Shown here: piece after piece, positions 1 through 10,790 of the stretch | Numbering within the stretch: the stretch's first letter is position 1 | Layout of the letters: each line of letters starts with the position of its first letter | Assembly (NCBI GenBank): GCA_009859145.1 | Contig: VRVR01000031.1 | Coordinates: forward strand, 1 to 64,000 | DNA: 64,000 nt | Reading direction: 5' to 3' | Origin: Andalucia godoyi And28 | Lineage: Eukaryota > Protista > Jakobida | Made by a program: the position numbers and the translations under genes | Notes under the pieces: generated by a model | Database searches by the model: none | Told to the model about the DNA's origin: nothing | What the model saw: the letters and a program-made list of their open reading frames with translations, nothing else

Positions 1-400
1 GGGTTTTCAGAGAAGCTACAAAGAGTTTCCTGAGTTTCTTGTCATCAGGAAGGTGCTTCGCGCACGCGACTTCCGCTTTTTTTCATTAACTAATGATGAA
101 GTTCAAAAGAGCGTCTTTCGTGAACACCTTGTTCGTCATCGAAATTCTCTGGAAACGGTCCAGAGATTCTAAGACTGACACAGGAGCAAAATTGGACGAC
201 ACGGCAGTAATAAACTCTTCATCTGATTTCGTAGACATATCAACGCCCAGGAGCTCGATGATCTTCAGGGATGCAGCACTGATTAGCACCCTGACTTTCC
301 TGTCACCACCCCTTGCCGTGTACGTCTCAAAATCAGAAGTAAACTTACCCCATGACGCTGAATCCACCTTCTCCAAAAAGGGGGCCACCAATTTCTCCAT
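1..400 (-). pseudogene. Degenerate retrotransposon gag-like ORF running off the window's left edge
   Basis: The 104-aa ORF MEKLVAPFLEK...LLNFIIS ends in TAA TGA, but the same frame continues with protein-like sequence (KKAEVACAKHLPDDKKLRKLFVASLKT) to base 1. The helical pattern resembles protist Gypsy-type capsid N-termini; this is recalled similarity, not a search result. Confidence 0.45.
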
Positions 401-1346
401 TACTTACCTTAGTAATTACTGTGGTATCTGCATAGGCCTTTTTAAAGTAAACGATGTGTAAACTTTTATTAAAACACAAACAGAAAAAGAAACATCCCAA
501 TGTACCATCTGGTACTGTGGCGTCCTGAGGAATTCCTTGGTATTTCCTAGTCACGCATACCTCATTACGACCGTTACCACACTCCCAGAAACTAACAATA
601 CAAAACTGCCAGTTTTGTGTATAAACAGGGCGATATAGCACCCCAAGTACGTGTTCCGTGACATGGCGGTGCCAGAAACTCCAACGGCAGAGCGGAATAG
701 CGAATCTAGATGTTCGATGACAAAACGACTGTAGTCGGGAATTAGGTAATTAATATTTTACGTATAACTCCTGAACGACGTCGTCCCCAAGAGAATTTCT
801 TTTGGCAGATTGCTCGCCGTCCCCGACTCTACCAGTCCCCAGCAATACCTCAGAAAAAGTCGTCTGGCACACTTTCCTGTATTTATCAAAAACTCTCTCT
901 TGTGCCAAAATAAGCAAAAACAAAACAAAGAGACAACGTCAATTTTCAAACTTTTTGGTCGCTCTGCTGGTGCTTGCGGCACGTCCACGAGTCCATCAGA
1001 GTCGTCATTGCAGGCGGCCACTTTGCTTCGACACAAAGCGGTTTGATGTCAGCGACTTACGACACCCCAAGTTCCGGAAAAGCCGCTGCCCGCATTCATT
1101 CGAGCGATTGTCTGAGCAAGGATTCGGGACGGATCACGGAGAAATTGTCGTCCTTCCCAAGTGCAGTACCCCCGAGTTCGAGTGGATGTCGTTAGTTCCT
1201 CCGCAGTCCGCAAAACCGCCTCCCCACCCGGGTCCTCCCGCAGCCCTGCCCGAAATTTACCTGCTTTCATTACTTTCTCGTCGACGCCTTTTAAACAGGG
1301 TTTCCTCAAACATTTTGCAGTCATTATTGAACTCATTTCTCCTAAC

Positions 1347-3788
1347 ATGTCTGTTCTATTTTTTGGTGCTCGCTTTCGGGCTGAGAACTTCAAACTTCCA
1401 TTTTCTGCCTTAATTCTTGGTCACGAATGGTTTTCATCTACATGTGGAGGACTGTCTGTCGTTGGATTGCGTTGTGTCGGAGACGATCATCCTTTGTACG
1501 AAGTTGCCGTCCGGGTGACATCAGTGTCTTCTAACTCCGAAGAACTGGAAGGATGTATTCAAAACTATCTTACGAGTTTCTTTTCCAACTCCTGGATAAG
1601 AACTTGTGATGCATTGGCGGGCAACTTCAGTGGTTTACACGACTGTATTGTACCCACAGATGCTTCTGCTTTTGCAATAACCCCGCTGGGCGCTGATTGT
1701 CGAAACGTTGCTCCTACCTTGAACGAGATCAAAGAGGATCATTTTCTCTCTCACGCATTCAACCTGTGGGGACGGTTTATCCAGATCGGCAGCAATCTTT
1801 TTCTTGCGGGTGGTGTTTACTCGTTTTGTCGGAAGCTTGATTCCCAGTTGTCTGTTCTGGATATTAAAATGGGTCTGGAAGAAATAGGACGCGAACAACA
1901 ACATCCAATCACTTTCGAACAGTATATCGTCGATTCAAAATACCCTCTCGTCAGAATACCCCTTACTAGTTCAGGCTTTTCTGCAGCGGTTAGTCATTTT
2001 TCAACATTGCGAATAACAGGAGAGTTTATGAGGAATCAGAGACGCCTACTCCATATGTTAAACGCTCTCAAATTACGGGCTCCGAATTGGACGAAAACTT
2101 CGGAAGAAAAGAACGTTGATATGTTATTGGGGATGGACGTGAGCAGTGGCAGCAATGTCTCCTATGTCGGTCGTGTCATTTCAGACTGCAAATTGTTGAA
2201 AGAGGTTCCGTTTGTGGAAAATTGGCCATCCCAATCAATGGGTAGTATGTTGTTTGAATTGGACAATCATAGCACACGGGAACGAATCAATGATCTTTCT
2301 TCTCTGTTTCGCGCTCTTTTGGAAATGAGACAGCAGTACGTCACTCAAAATGAAAATGTTCGGCTTGCTATTGGTTCCGACCCCCGCGTGCATGTAGTTG
2401 GTGCCGGGGATCACTTGCTAGTGTTCGTCACTAAGCACACTCTTTCCGAGTTGGTGGCAGATTGGGCATCTTGCTACAGGCAGTTTTCATGTTCTCCAGC
2501 CGAGGGGTATGATCCATTGTCATTTTCCGTTAAATTCCAGAACGCAACTTCTACTCGCCGATTGAAAACACTTTTGTTGAACACTGGAGGGACAATCACT
2601 TCTCAGGAGATTCAGGATGGGGATGAGGGACGGGTTGTGTATGGTCACCGAAATCCCCTTAATTTCATGACGCATGAATCAATACTCAGGGCAGTGCCTG
2701 ACAGGTCCGCACTTGTTTGCTGTACTCGCTTCCCTACCATTGACTCGTCCAATTGCGATCCCGAAGACTGGTTCGTACTGGCGTCTTTGCTGGTGTATTG
2801 TTCCCCATACTTTATGAGTGCCGTTGTCCTCCACGGGACAGACACGTTACCATTTTGCGCTTCATTTCTGTCTTTTTGTCTTCGTCGAACACCGATGGCT
2901 GTAATTCTTACGGCGTCCCAGTTGAGCATTGACGTTGATCACAGCGACGGAGTGCATCATATCTATCATTCTCTGCGTCTTGCTAGAGGTGCTGTGGATT
3001 TCGATTCAAAAATTCAGTATCCGCGATTGGTTGGTGTTTTCGTTTTTTTTGCTGATCAAATCTTGTCGGCAACCAGGATTAAAAAGGTTGATTCCATAGG
3101 ATTGGATGCATTTGCGACACCGGCGGTTGCGAAGATAGGGATACTGAATACTATTGGTGTTCAGCTGAACAGGTCATGGCTGTGTGATTACAAGTCGAGT
3201 CTTCTTCAAAAGGCGCTTGCATTTGCTCCCGCCTCTCAGCTTGATGTTTGTCCACAGATGGTGCATTGTCGCAATGGGTTGTCCTCGATAGTACACCGAC
3301 ATGTCTTCATGGTTCGACTTTTCCCAGGAACGTCGCAGTCTGACCTGATGTTGCTGTGGATGGGATTGATTACGCAATGCCAAGCGTTGGTTTTAGAACG
3401 AAGAAATGACGTGTGGATTTTCGCGTTTGTAATTCAAGCCTTCGGTGTGGGCAATGCACCAGACTTCTTGGTTGATTTGGTTACAGCTCAACGCAAATCT
3501 GCGGAAGGTGATCCTTATTTTTTGTTTGCTATTTGCACTGACTGTCATCGAGGTAAGACGAATGTCTCGTACGCAACAAGCTTCACAAAGCTGCCTCATG
3601 TAGTCTTGTGTGGCGATATGACTCCAGAAGCAGCGTTTTGCAAATTTTCTTGTTTGTTGGGGAAACATTGCCAAAACGCAGATATGTTGGATGCGAGGGT
3701 CGGAACAGTAATGGTGGAAATGGGGTTTTCTCTTAACGGGGAGCTTACACTGAACGATTTTGCCAATGCTGATGCCGATTCTGATTAA
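1347..3788 (+). CDS. Type I L-asparaginase (AnsA/ASPG-like) domain at the C-terminus, preceded by a ~400-aa uncharacterised N-terminal region
   Basis: Canonical motifs in order from about 2562: LLLNTGGTI, IDSSN, VVLHGTDT, VILTASQ, RIKKVDS..DAF.TP, FGVGNAP, DMTPEAAFCK. First in-frame ATG is at 1347; the ORF track starts at the GTG at 1161. Confidence 0.85.
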   Translation: MSVLFFGARFRAENFKLPFSALILGHEWFSSTCGGLSVVGLRCVGDDHPLYEVAVRVTSVSSNSEELEGCIQNYLTSFFSNSWIRTCDALAGNFSGLHDCIVPTDASAFAITPLGADCRNVAPTLNEIKEDHFLSHAFNLWGRFIQIGSNLFLAGGVYSFCRKLDSQLSVLDIKMGLEEIGREQQHPITFEQYIVDSKYPLVRIPLTSSGFSAAVSHFSTLRITGEFMRNQRRLLHMLNALKLRAPNWTKTSEEKNVDMLLGMDVSSGSNVSYVGRVISDCKLLKEVPFVENWPSQSMGSMLFELDNHSTRERINDLSSLFRALLEMRQQYVTQNENVRLAIGSDPRVHVVGAGDHLLVFVTKHTLSELVADWASCYRQFSCSPAEGYDPLSFSVKFQNATSTRRLKTLLLNTGGTITSQEIQDGDEGRVVYGHRNPLNFMTHESILRAVPDRSALVCCTRFPTIDSSNCDPEDWFVLASLLVYCSPYFMSAVVLHGTDTLPFCASFLSFCLRRTPMAVILTASQLSIDVDHSDGVHHIYHSLRLARGAVDFDSKIQYPRLVGVFVFFADQILSATRIKKVDSIGLDAFATPAVAKIGILNTIGVQLNRSWLCDYKSSLLQKALAFAPASQLDVCPQMVHCRNGLSSIVHRHVFMVRLFPGTSQSDLMLLWMGLITQCQALVLERRNDVWIFAFVIQAFGVGNAPDFLVDLVTAQRKSAEGDPYFLFAICTDCHRGKTNVSYATSFTKLPHVVLCGDMTPEAAFCKFSCLLGKHCQNADMLDARVGTVMVEMGFSLNGELTLNDFANADADSD

Positions 3789-4119
3789 TCGCTGTCAGGG
3801 TCTCGGTTTTCACGCAGTCAGTGACGATTTTTGTTCGGTCGTCGATGATCAGCACCTCGTTCGATTGTTTCAGAAGTTTTGAAAGTAGGGATTAATCGAG
3901 CAACCTCCACATCTCATTAATGGAATGTTTTCTCTCACAACTGTACTTAACAATAAGAAAAGAAATACTAGCAAAAACACACTTTTTTTTTGTTTTTGCA
4001 CCGGCAAATTGTTTCGTGCTCAGGAAGATGCTGCAGTCGATTCAGAAATGTTGTTCATGGATCTTTGCGACTCTGAAATATGTAGACCGGGAATATTACG
4101 TTAAATTAAAAGAATATCG

Positions 4120-4952
4120 TTAAAACAACAAGAGTCCTGAAATACTCTCGTTGATCGAAACAACAGGCAGGAACGTTATTGAAGATCCTAAGAGAGAATA
4201 AATGCTGATAGCAAGCTCCTTTTGGGGTTTACCAAGCAGATCTTCCAGGTCGGTTAGAAAAACGGTCCCATCAATCGAATCCATCCGGCATCCTTCAATA
4301 TCAATTCGAGTCCTGAGCTGTTTCGGATGGTTCTTCCAAAGAATTTCCTGCTGAATTTCAAGAACTGATTCGAAATGATCAAGAGCATTCTTGAAATTAA
4401 GTTGTCTATGAAAACAGAGGCCGACACTGTGAAATGTATTCAATATCGATGAAATTTCTGGCCAGTAAGCTTTCTGGTACGTTTCAATCAGCCATTTAAA
4501 CAGATGCATCGCAATATCATATTTTCTGAAGCCCAGATGGCAGGTTGCAAAACTGTGCTTCACAGTGAGAATCAATGATTGATATCCGCCAAATTGATGC
4601 TGATTGTTAACATGATCGTTGAAGAAAGAAGAGCATCTTCATACTTCTTCTGAGTAAAAAGGCATGCTGCCTTATTGTGTCAAGATTTCAGAATGACGGG
4701 ATGGTAAGATGCCAGGGGGTGGTTTTGAATTTCGATCAAGGATTTGAACTCCATATGTACCGTTTCAAATTCTCCAAGCTCCACGTGACAAACCGCAATA
4801 TGACATCGAGAATATAGTGGATTTCGATGTTTGCGGCCAAGAATGTATTCTAGATGTTTAAGAAGTTCTCGAAACTGCTCAAGTGCATCGCGGAACTTTC
4901 CTAGCTCTGCAGCCCTCATGCAAATATCATCGTGAGATCCATTCTCAAACAA
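4120..4952 (-). pseudogene. Kinesin-light-chain-type TPR repeat gene, disrupted
   Basis: TPR-like units FRDALEQFRELLKHLEYILGRKHRNPL and FKNALDHFESVLEIQQEILWKNHPKQL. An in-frame TGA at 4680-4682 is followed by HNKAACLFTQKKYEDAL, then a frameshift near 4620 into the 4120-4575 frame. More in-frame stops lie upstream (about 4960-5100). Confidence 0.7.
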
Positions 4953-6014
4953 TATGCTTGAAGATTTAACAGTCTATCGAAGGGAAAGAGACTGATGCCA
5001 CACGAAGGCCGATTCGCTTCATATACGCCGATTGCCAAACGACAACGGTGGCGTAGATACTTCCCGGTATTTTTGCTCGATCGAGTCTTTCAGTACGGAA
5101 AGAGATCTTCCGCGAAAATCAAGCAAACAAGCTTCAGGATTGCGTTTGGACAAACAATTCAAGTCGAAGACAGTCAGGATTACATCCAGATCAAGGGATC
5201 TTCACAACCTGGAAAGCTGTCAGTCTGGAACATTCGTCAGAAGAGAAGAGCATCTCTGCTCACGGCATCAAAATGTCATTCAAATATTCAGCCACAGACG
5301 GAAAATGACAGGAGATTGGAGAATTACGCCAACATTGAAGGATTGTGCAATCAGCGGTTTTGGGTGAAAACAACCATAGCAAAACATGCCCCAAGCAGCA
5401 GGAATCGGATTTCTCTGTCGGTGCCTGATTTTCTTGTCGCTCCTTTTCTTTCTCCTGTTCTGACTATCGGAGTTGCTCTTGAAGCCTCTGAATGACCTGA
5501 TTTGGATCCATTGCTCTCGTACTTTAACAGGAGGAAATTTCATGAACTGAAAAAGAAAGAAGAGAGAAACGTGGTGGAGGATCAGGGATTTAATTGGAAG
5601 AATGGAATGATGTCAAGAGAGAAATGCATCAGTCTGGAAACTGCCCGATTCCCTTGGGTGCTATGCGTATCCATTTTCCAAGACTCGTGGTTGTGGATTT
5701 TTGGGAAATTTTTGTGCTTCTTGAAACATGGTCGATTATGCATATCTGCAGCTTTCTCTGACAATATCATCACTCATCGGTCACAATACGTAAGCAATTC
5801 GAAGCAATCCGAAGCAATCCGATGCTTGCTGGTGTGTGTGTATTCGAAGCTTCGAAATTTTTGGAGCAGACTGTTTCTTCTGTCGTACAGCCAATCAAGT
5901 CTCGATCCCGCCCTGTGACATTGAAAGCAGGATCTCTAAAATTGCATTCTCGCCTCGTTGCGGACGTCCGTGTTCACTCACTCAGGCTTTAATCCGCTCA
6001 AAACAGAAGACCGT

Positions 6015-6941
6015 ATGAGCATAGACAGATCGGAAGACCATTGGTTATACGGTACCTCGGCTGAAATGGGAGAATGGGAGCGCGGCTCCAGTTTGCGGAC
6101 GGATCTTCGAAACCACTCTGCGGTTGTTCGAAATCGATTCGTCTACACGATCGGAGGGCGAGATGTTGATGGACAGCCGGCGTCGTATGTCTATCATATC
6201 GATGTCGATGACATTCGCTCCGACATCCACGAATGGAATCACGGACCGAACATGTGCGTAGATCGAGATGGATGTGCTGCAGTCGAGCAAGGTGGGGTGA
6301 TTCTTGCTACAGGCGGGTATGCAGGTGATGCCAAGTATGATCTCTATTCTGCTGAGCTGCTTGACTGTGAATTGTCTTCAAAATGGAGAGTTCTGGACGC
6401 CCGACTCAACATTGGTCGAATGTTTCATTGTGCTGTTTCATTGAACACCAAGGTGTTTGTGATTGGTGGATTGACATTGCAGTATCAGAAAGGAGCGTCT
6501 GTTGAACAGTATGATTTTGATAGTGATCGATGGTTTATTGATCCACACTGGATGAATCAGGAACGATACGGATTTGCGTCTGTTGCACATTCGTCGTTGG
6601 GTTGCATTTATTCTATTGGCGGCCTGAAAGATGAGAACACGGAGCTGGACTCGGTGGAACGATTCGATCCGCGCCGCGGAGTTTGGGAATACGTCAAGGA
6701 AATGAGCAGGGGTCGATCTTGTCATGCAGCAGCCATTGGTCATGATCTGATATTTGCTATTGGCGGCACTGGGTCGCGGGACGACGTTGAGATCTACGAA
6801 CCGCGAATGGATCGGTGGTTCAACGGCCCAACGATGTTGACTTCACGGTCCATGTTTGCAGCCGTTCATGCTGGAAATGCAATCGCTGCAATCGGTGGCA
6901 TGGATGGAGAAACATCGACCGAGTATTTGGAATTGCCGTGA
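6015..6941 (+). CDS. Stand-alone kelch-repeat beta-propeller protein
   Basis: About six kelch repeats with GG pairs and Y/W spacing: VYTIGGRD, ILATGGY, VFVIGGL, IYSIGGL..VERFDPRRGVWE, IFAIGG..VEIYEPRMDRWF, IAAIGGM. ATG at 6015. Confidence 0.92.
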   Translation: MSIDRSEDHWLYGTSAEMGEWERGSSLRTDLRNHSAVVRNRFVYTIGGRDVDGQPASYVYHIDVDDIRSDIHEWNHGPNMCVDRDGCAAVEQGGVILATGGYAGDAKYDLYSAELLDCELSSKWRVLDARLNIGRMFHCAVSLNTKVFVIGGLTLQYQKGASVEQYDFDSDRWFIDPHWMNQERYGFASVAHSSLGCIYSIGGLKDENTELDSVERFDPRRGVWEYVKEMSRGRSCHAAAIGHDLIFAIGGTGSRDDVEIYEPRMDRWFNGPTMLTSRSMFAAVHAGNAIAAIGGMDGETSTEYLELP

Positions 6942-8350
6942 TCTCCCATTTCGTCGGAGGGTATGTGTCCTGCTCTTCAAAACCTTTCCAGAGCAACACA
7001 ATGGCATCGCATAAAACAAGCGGAGGCGGAGAATGCATGCGGTAGCAGGCAGCGGTCCAACTTCAGCATCGAGGGTGACAGTTGCTTGTTATGCCGTTCA
7101 GTGACTGGAAATTGGACTGGTACGCAATCATTTCGACGTAAAACGTCTTGATCAGATCCCTGCCTGACCGACAGGACAGCAGTTCTGCATAGAGTACGAG
7201 ATTCTCTGCGTACCTTTGCAGTGGAAGACGGGAATGCTAACTCTGATCCTCTCTGCGTTGCACACGAGAAACCCCGAGAGACCCTTCTGTGGTAGTGGAC
7301 TCTGCATCTCTTCGAAGGTGTCCATAGTCCTCATAGTCTTGGGGTGGAATTGATAGTTAACGCAGTAAATGACAAAGAAATCAAGAAGAACAACGAAGAA
7401 ACGGAAATGGGAAAGAACGACTGAGAAAATGGCCTGAGTCTGAAAACTGCCCGACTCGACTGAGCTCTATGAGTCTAGGAATTCCTCGACTCATATCATT
7501 CAAGGACTCGGGGATTTTCCAGGCTTGTACCCTTTTCTCCAGTCCTCTTTCCTTTTGAGGTTGCTCGGTTGTCCTGTGTTTTTCTGTTCGTTCCGTTTGT
7601 TTCTTTCAGAATCGTTTCCGTCCCCAAACTATGGGTAGCACGGATCAGCTCCGAGGGAATACAGACATTTCTGGCAGAACATTGTCCAGGAGTCTTACTG
7701 CGGCCAGACAGAATGGTCGCGTGATGTTCTTCTGAAAACTCCGCGGGGATGTCTGTGCGTGTTCCAACTGGCCGCACAGTGCACTTCGGCTTCTGGATGT
7801 AGACGATAGCACCGACTGCAGGCGTGTATGATGTCTCTGTTATATGTATTTTCTTGTCTTTACTGAAGTTATTCCCCTTATTTTCCTCGTCTCAAAGTCG
7901 GGATACTGCAGTGCACAATCAACTCGCTTGTCTGGATATCTCTGTGCGATCTTGCCGAGGATCGCCCTTCCTTCTATCGACCTCTTTATTTCAAGGCCTG
8001 CGCTGTTGTTGATACGAAGCCATTTTGAAGATTAAACTGGCTGTCTTCGAAAACGCTGAAACAATGGGATTGAGGAAACAGCAGAGCACCTGGACTTTGA
8101 TCTGCAACAGCAAATTGTCTTCAACAAGAACTTGGGGTTGTGGTCGCATTGCCTTTTGGTATTCTCTTTAATGGAGAAGATCCGTGAGGAGTGGAAAGCG
8201 TATATTCTGCACGTTGTATGGAGCTCTCCAGTGTCCGTCATGCGATTCTGAGTCGCTGTGTTGCAGCTCAATTCCATGACTTCTTCTTAGAAATCTGGAC
8301 ATCCATAAAGACTTGGCACACGACATGTTTCAAATCAATGGAGAAAAAGG

Positions 8351-9172
8351 TCACCGGCGGAATCTGGAGGAATAACTTCGAGCTCCATTGCGTCTCATCC
8401 CGGACGCACCCCCAAGATTGGGAGATCCACCACAGTAAGAGGCATGACGATGTGGCCTTGCAACAGTCTGCTGCGAAGGTCGTGTTCCGTACGTCATCCT
8501 GCTACCTCCACGATGCCATCGAAATTCCCTTCCCGCGATTCGCTGATCCTGACGTTCCTGGACACGAGCAAAGCAATCGGTTGCATAATGGCCACTCCGA
8601 CCACAGCGAAAGCAAACAATTACTTCACGAGGATGATTCACCCTCGCAAAACACTGGGATGAAACATGACCAGTCCGTCCGCACCGGTCGCACTCCACCA
8701 CCTCCTCTTCACTCTCACTCTCACTCTCACAGAGAACGGTTCGCGCGTAGCATTCATCTGTGCAATGACCAGTGCGACCACATCGTTGACAAGCACGATG
8801 AGATGCAGCGGTTCTGCTGGCAAGACGACAAACGTTCGCGAAATGACCGGATTCACCACACTGCCAACATCGATCGGTCGCAGTGCACAATTCCCGATTC
8901 AGAGTCTCGAGTGTTGACGTCGGTAGAACAAGTTGAGAATACGAACCACCACGGACATTCTCAACACCGTATTGCTGCATGTATATTTTGACATACTTGT
9001 CCTCGTCAAATGCATCAGTTCCGGGAATGACCTCCACAACCTCCAATGGTCGATACACAGCAGTCCACGCACTTGCCGACCGATCAACGTGATCTTCTAT
9101 CCGACAGCTCAAATTCGAGGTTTTGCCAACATAGTACTTGCCATGCTCGCATCGAAGAACATACACTGACAT
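8351..9172 (-). CDS. GIY-YIG endonuclease fused to four CCHC zinc knuckles and an Arg/Gly-rich tail
   Basis: VYVLRCEHGKYYVGKT..L..RIEDH, DEDKYV and NVRGGSY motifs. Knuckles: CWQCGESGHFANVC, CQRCGRTGHCTDEC, CDRCGRTGHVSSQC, CFRCGRSGHYATDC. Confidence 0.88.
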   Translation of the reverse strand: MSVYVLRCEHGKYYVGKTSNLSCRIEDHVDRSASAWTAVYRPLEVVEVIPGTDAFDEDKYVKIYMQQYGVENVRGGSYSQLVLPTSTLETLNRELCTATDRCWQCGESGHFANVCRLASRTAASHRACQRCGRTGHCTDECYARTVLCESESESEEEVVECDRCGRTGHVSSQCFARVNHPREVIVCFRCGRSGHYATDCFARVQERQDQRIAGREFRWHRGGSRMTYGTRPSQQTVARPHRHASYCGGSPNLGGASGMRRNGARSYSSRFRR

Positions 9173-9327
9173 ACATATCGACATTTAAGCACAATACCTT
9201 CGGAAATGAAGAAAGAAGACGCCTTGGAATATGGCAGAGAATTGACACAACGCACTGTTCTGTAAAATATTGGGTCAGCAATGAGTCACGGAGCCTGTTT
9301 GGAGCACCATCTACGACAGAGGATATT

Positions 9328-10491
9328 TTACAAAATGTCAGTTTTCTTGGATCCCATTCTCCGCATGTTACAAAGACGGTCGTCCCAAGGCGAGTTCATA
9401 AGGTTCCTTCCAAAAGAATGCACAAACGGTTTGACGGCCAACCCTTGCAGCATGATGTCTGGCCGTCCGTGGAGAGGAAAACGTCCGAACAGACGATCCA
9501 TGAAAAAATCAATCATTTCAGCACAACACTTGATCTCATGTTTCCGCCTCTTGCTTAGCTTGTCACGCAGTTGTGCATACACTCGAATGGTGTTGCACAT
9601 CTTGTCTCGCAATGACGCTTTCCGGTCAAAATCTGAACGCCTCTGACACTTGCCTTCCAGAAAGAATCCATAGGCTGGCTCCAAAAACAAAAACATGCAA
9701 AGAAGCGCCCGTTTCTGTGGATCGTTTTTCCACGATTCATCGACTGGCGAAAATAATTGGTTTGGATTCGTCGGGTCAAACATATCCTCGTCGCTCTGGG
9801 TATCGAAATGGGTGTTTTCCGCTATCCAGCTCCACTCGATGGGTTGAAACAGATCCTGAGAATGCTCTGCGATTTTCGCAATCTCAACAAGGATAAACGA
9901 TGGTGGGATGAGCCGTCCGGTCAAATTCGAGTTCGAAGAGGAAGCAAACTGCCGGCACACTTTCAAGGTCACGCGCGAAGCACAACGCATGATCCAATGC
10001 TCCTTCACGCCGGTAAATTGTTCACTCGCCAAAAACAAAAACTGACATCCTTTTTTCCCTGCCACAACCAGTTGAAAATAGTCGGTCGGTTGCTCTCTGT
10101 ACGGATCACATTGCTCGAAAATCGAAAACACGGCTTGTAGCAATGGTGCATAAGGCTCATTCCATCTCCTTCGATCCTTCACATACTGAGACGTCGCTGG
10201 AGCAGCCATGATGGGAAGCAACACTCGTTGTCCCTTGAGCGGGAATGCAACATTCATCGATACCCACACTTCAGCCATCAATGTCACGGCCAGGAGAGGC
10301 GAGATTTCAATGTCGGATGGATTGATGTGCGCGATCCCTGGCACAACCCGAGAAGATGTGGCAGTCTCGAAAGTCGATTGAGAGAAGCCGGAATCTTCCT
10401 TCGCACGGGAAACCTTGGACGGACGGAATGCAGCAGAGTGAGCAGCTGGAAGAGGGCGAGTCGATCTTGTCGGATACCTGTTTGTTGACAT
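9328..10491 (-). CDS. Hypothetical protein (~387 aa) with a disordered N-terminus and a helical C-terminus
   Basis: Long open frame with protein-like composition. Start placed at the ATG at 10491, after a pyrimidine-rich 5' region. No recognisable motif. Confidence 0.6.
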   Translation of the reverse strand: MSTNRYPTRSTRPLPAAHSAAFRPSKVSRAKEDSGFSQSTFETATSSRVVPGIAHINPSDIEISPLLAVTLMAEVWVSMNVAFPLKGQRVLLPIMAAPATSQYVKDRRRWNEPYAPLLQAVFSIFEQCDPYREQPTDYFQLVVAGKKGCQFLFLASEQFTGVKEHWIMRCASRVTLKVCRQFASSSNSNLTGRLIPPSFILVEIAKIAEHSQDLFQPIEWSWIAENTHFDTQSDEDMFDPTNPNQLFSPVDESWKNDPQKRALLCMFLFLEPAYGFFLEGKCQRRSDFDRKASLRDKMCNTIRVYAQLRDKLSKRRKHEIKCCAEMIDFFMDRLFGRFPLHGRPDIMLQGLAVKPFVHSFGRNLMNSPWDDRLCNMRRMGSKKTDIL

Positions 10492-10790
10492 TTCCTGGAA
10501 GAAAAGTTGAAACCGCGAGGAAAACCTATTGCAGTATATTACATGTTGAGAGCTGCGGAAAGTTTGCATTGTTTGCAAAACCCCAGGATTGCAAAGGAAA
10601 AAGAATAAAAACAGAATCACGAGTCGGGATAATCCGGAACTCATGGGAAAGTTGCGAGTTCGGGGATTTCCGATTTTACCGGGATTTTCCCATTTGCATT
10701 TCTTTTCTTCTTCCTCTTCTTCCTTCCTTCTTTCTCATTATGTGTATTCACATTCTTTATTTTCATTTCATTTCACTTCTGTATTGACCC

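Noticed and set aside
422-432. TGGTATC as a tRNA-Met primer-binding site
   Set aside because: It is on the strand opposite the gag-like ORF and matches only 7 nt.
4995-5918. Plus-strand ORFs 4995-5495 and 5502-5918
   Set aside because: No domain signal; they lie antisense to, or upstream of, the decayed TPR gene.
7150-8340. Possible gene between the kelch and GIY-YIG genes
   Set aside because: Only short ORFs with stops in all frames and no recognisable motif.
8351-9172. Penelope-like retroelement
   Set aside because: There is no reverse transcriptase upstream of the GIY-YIG domain and no flanking repeats were seen.
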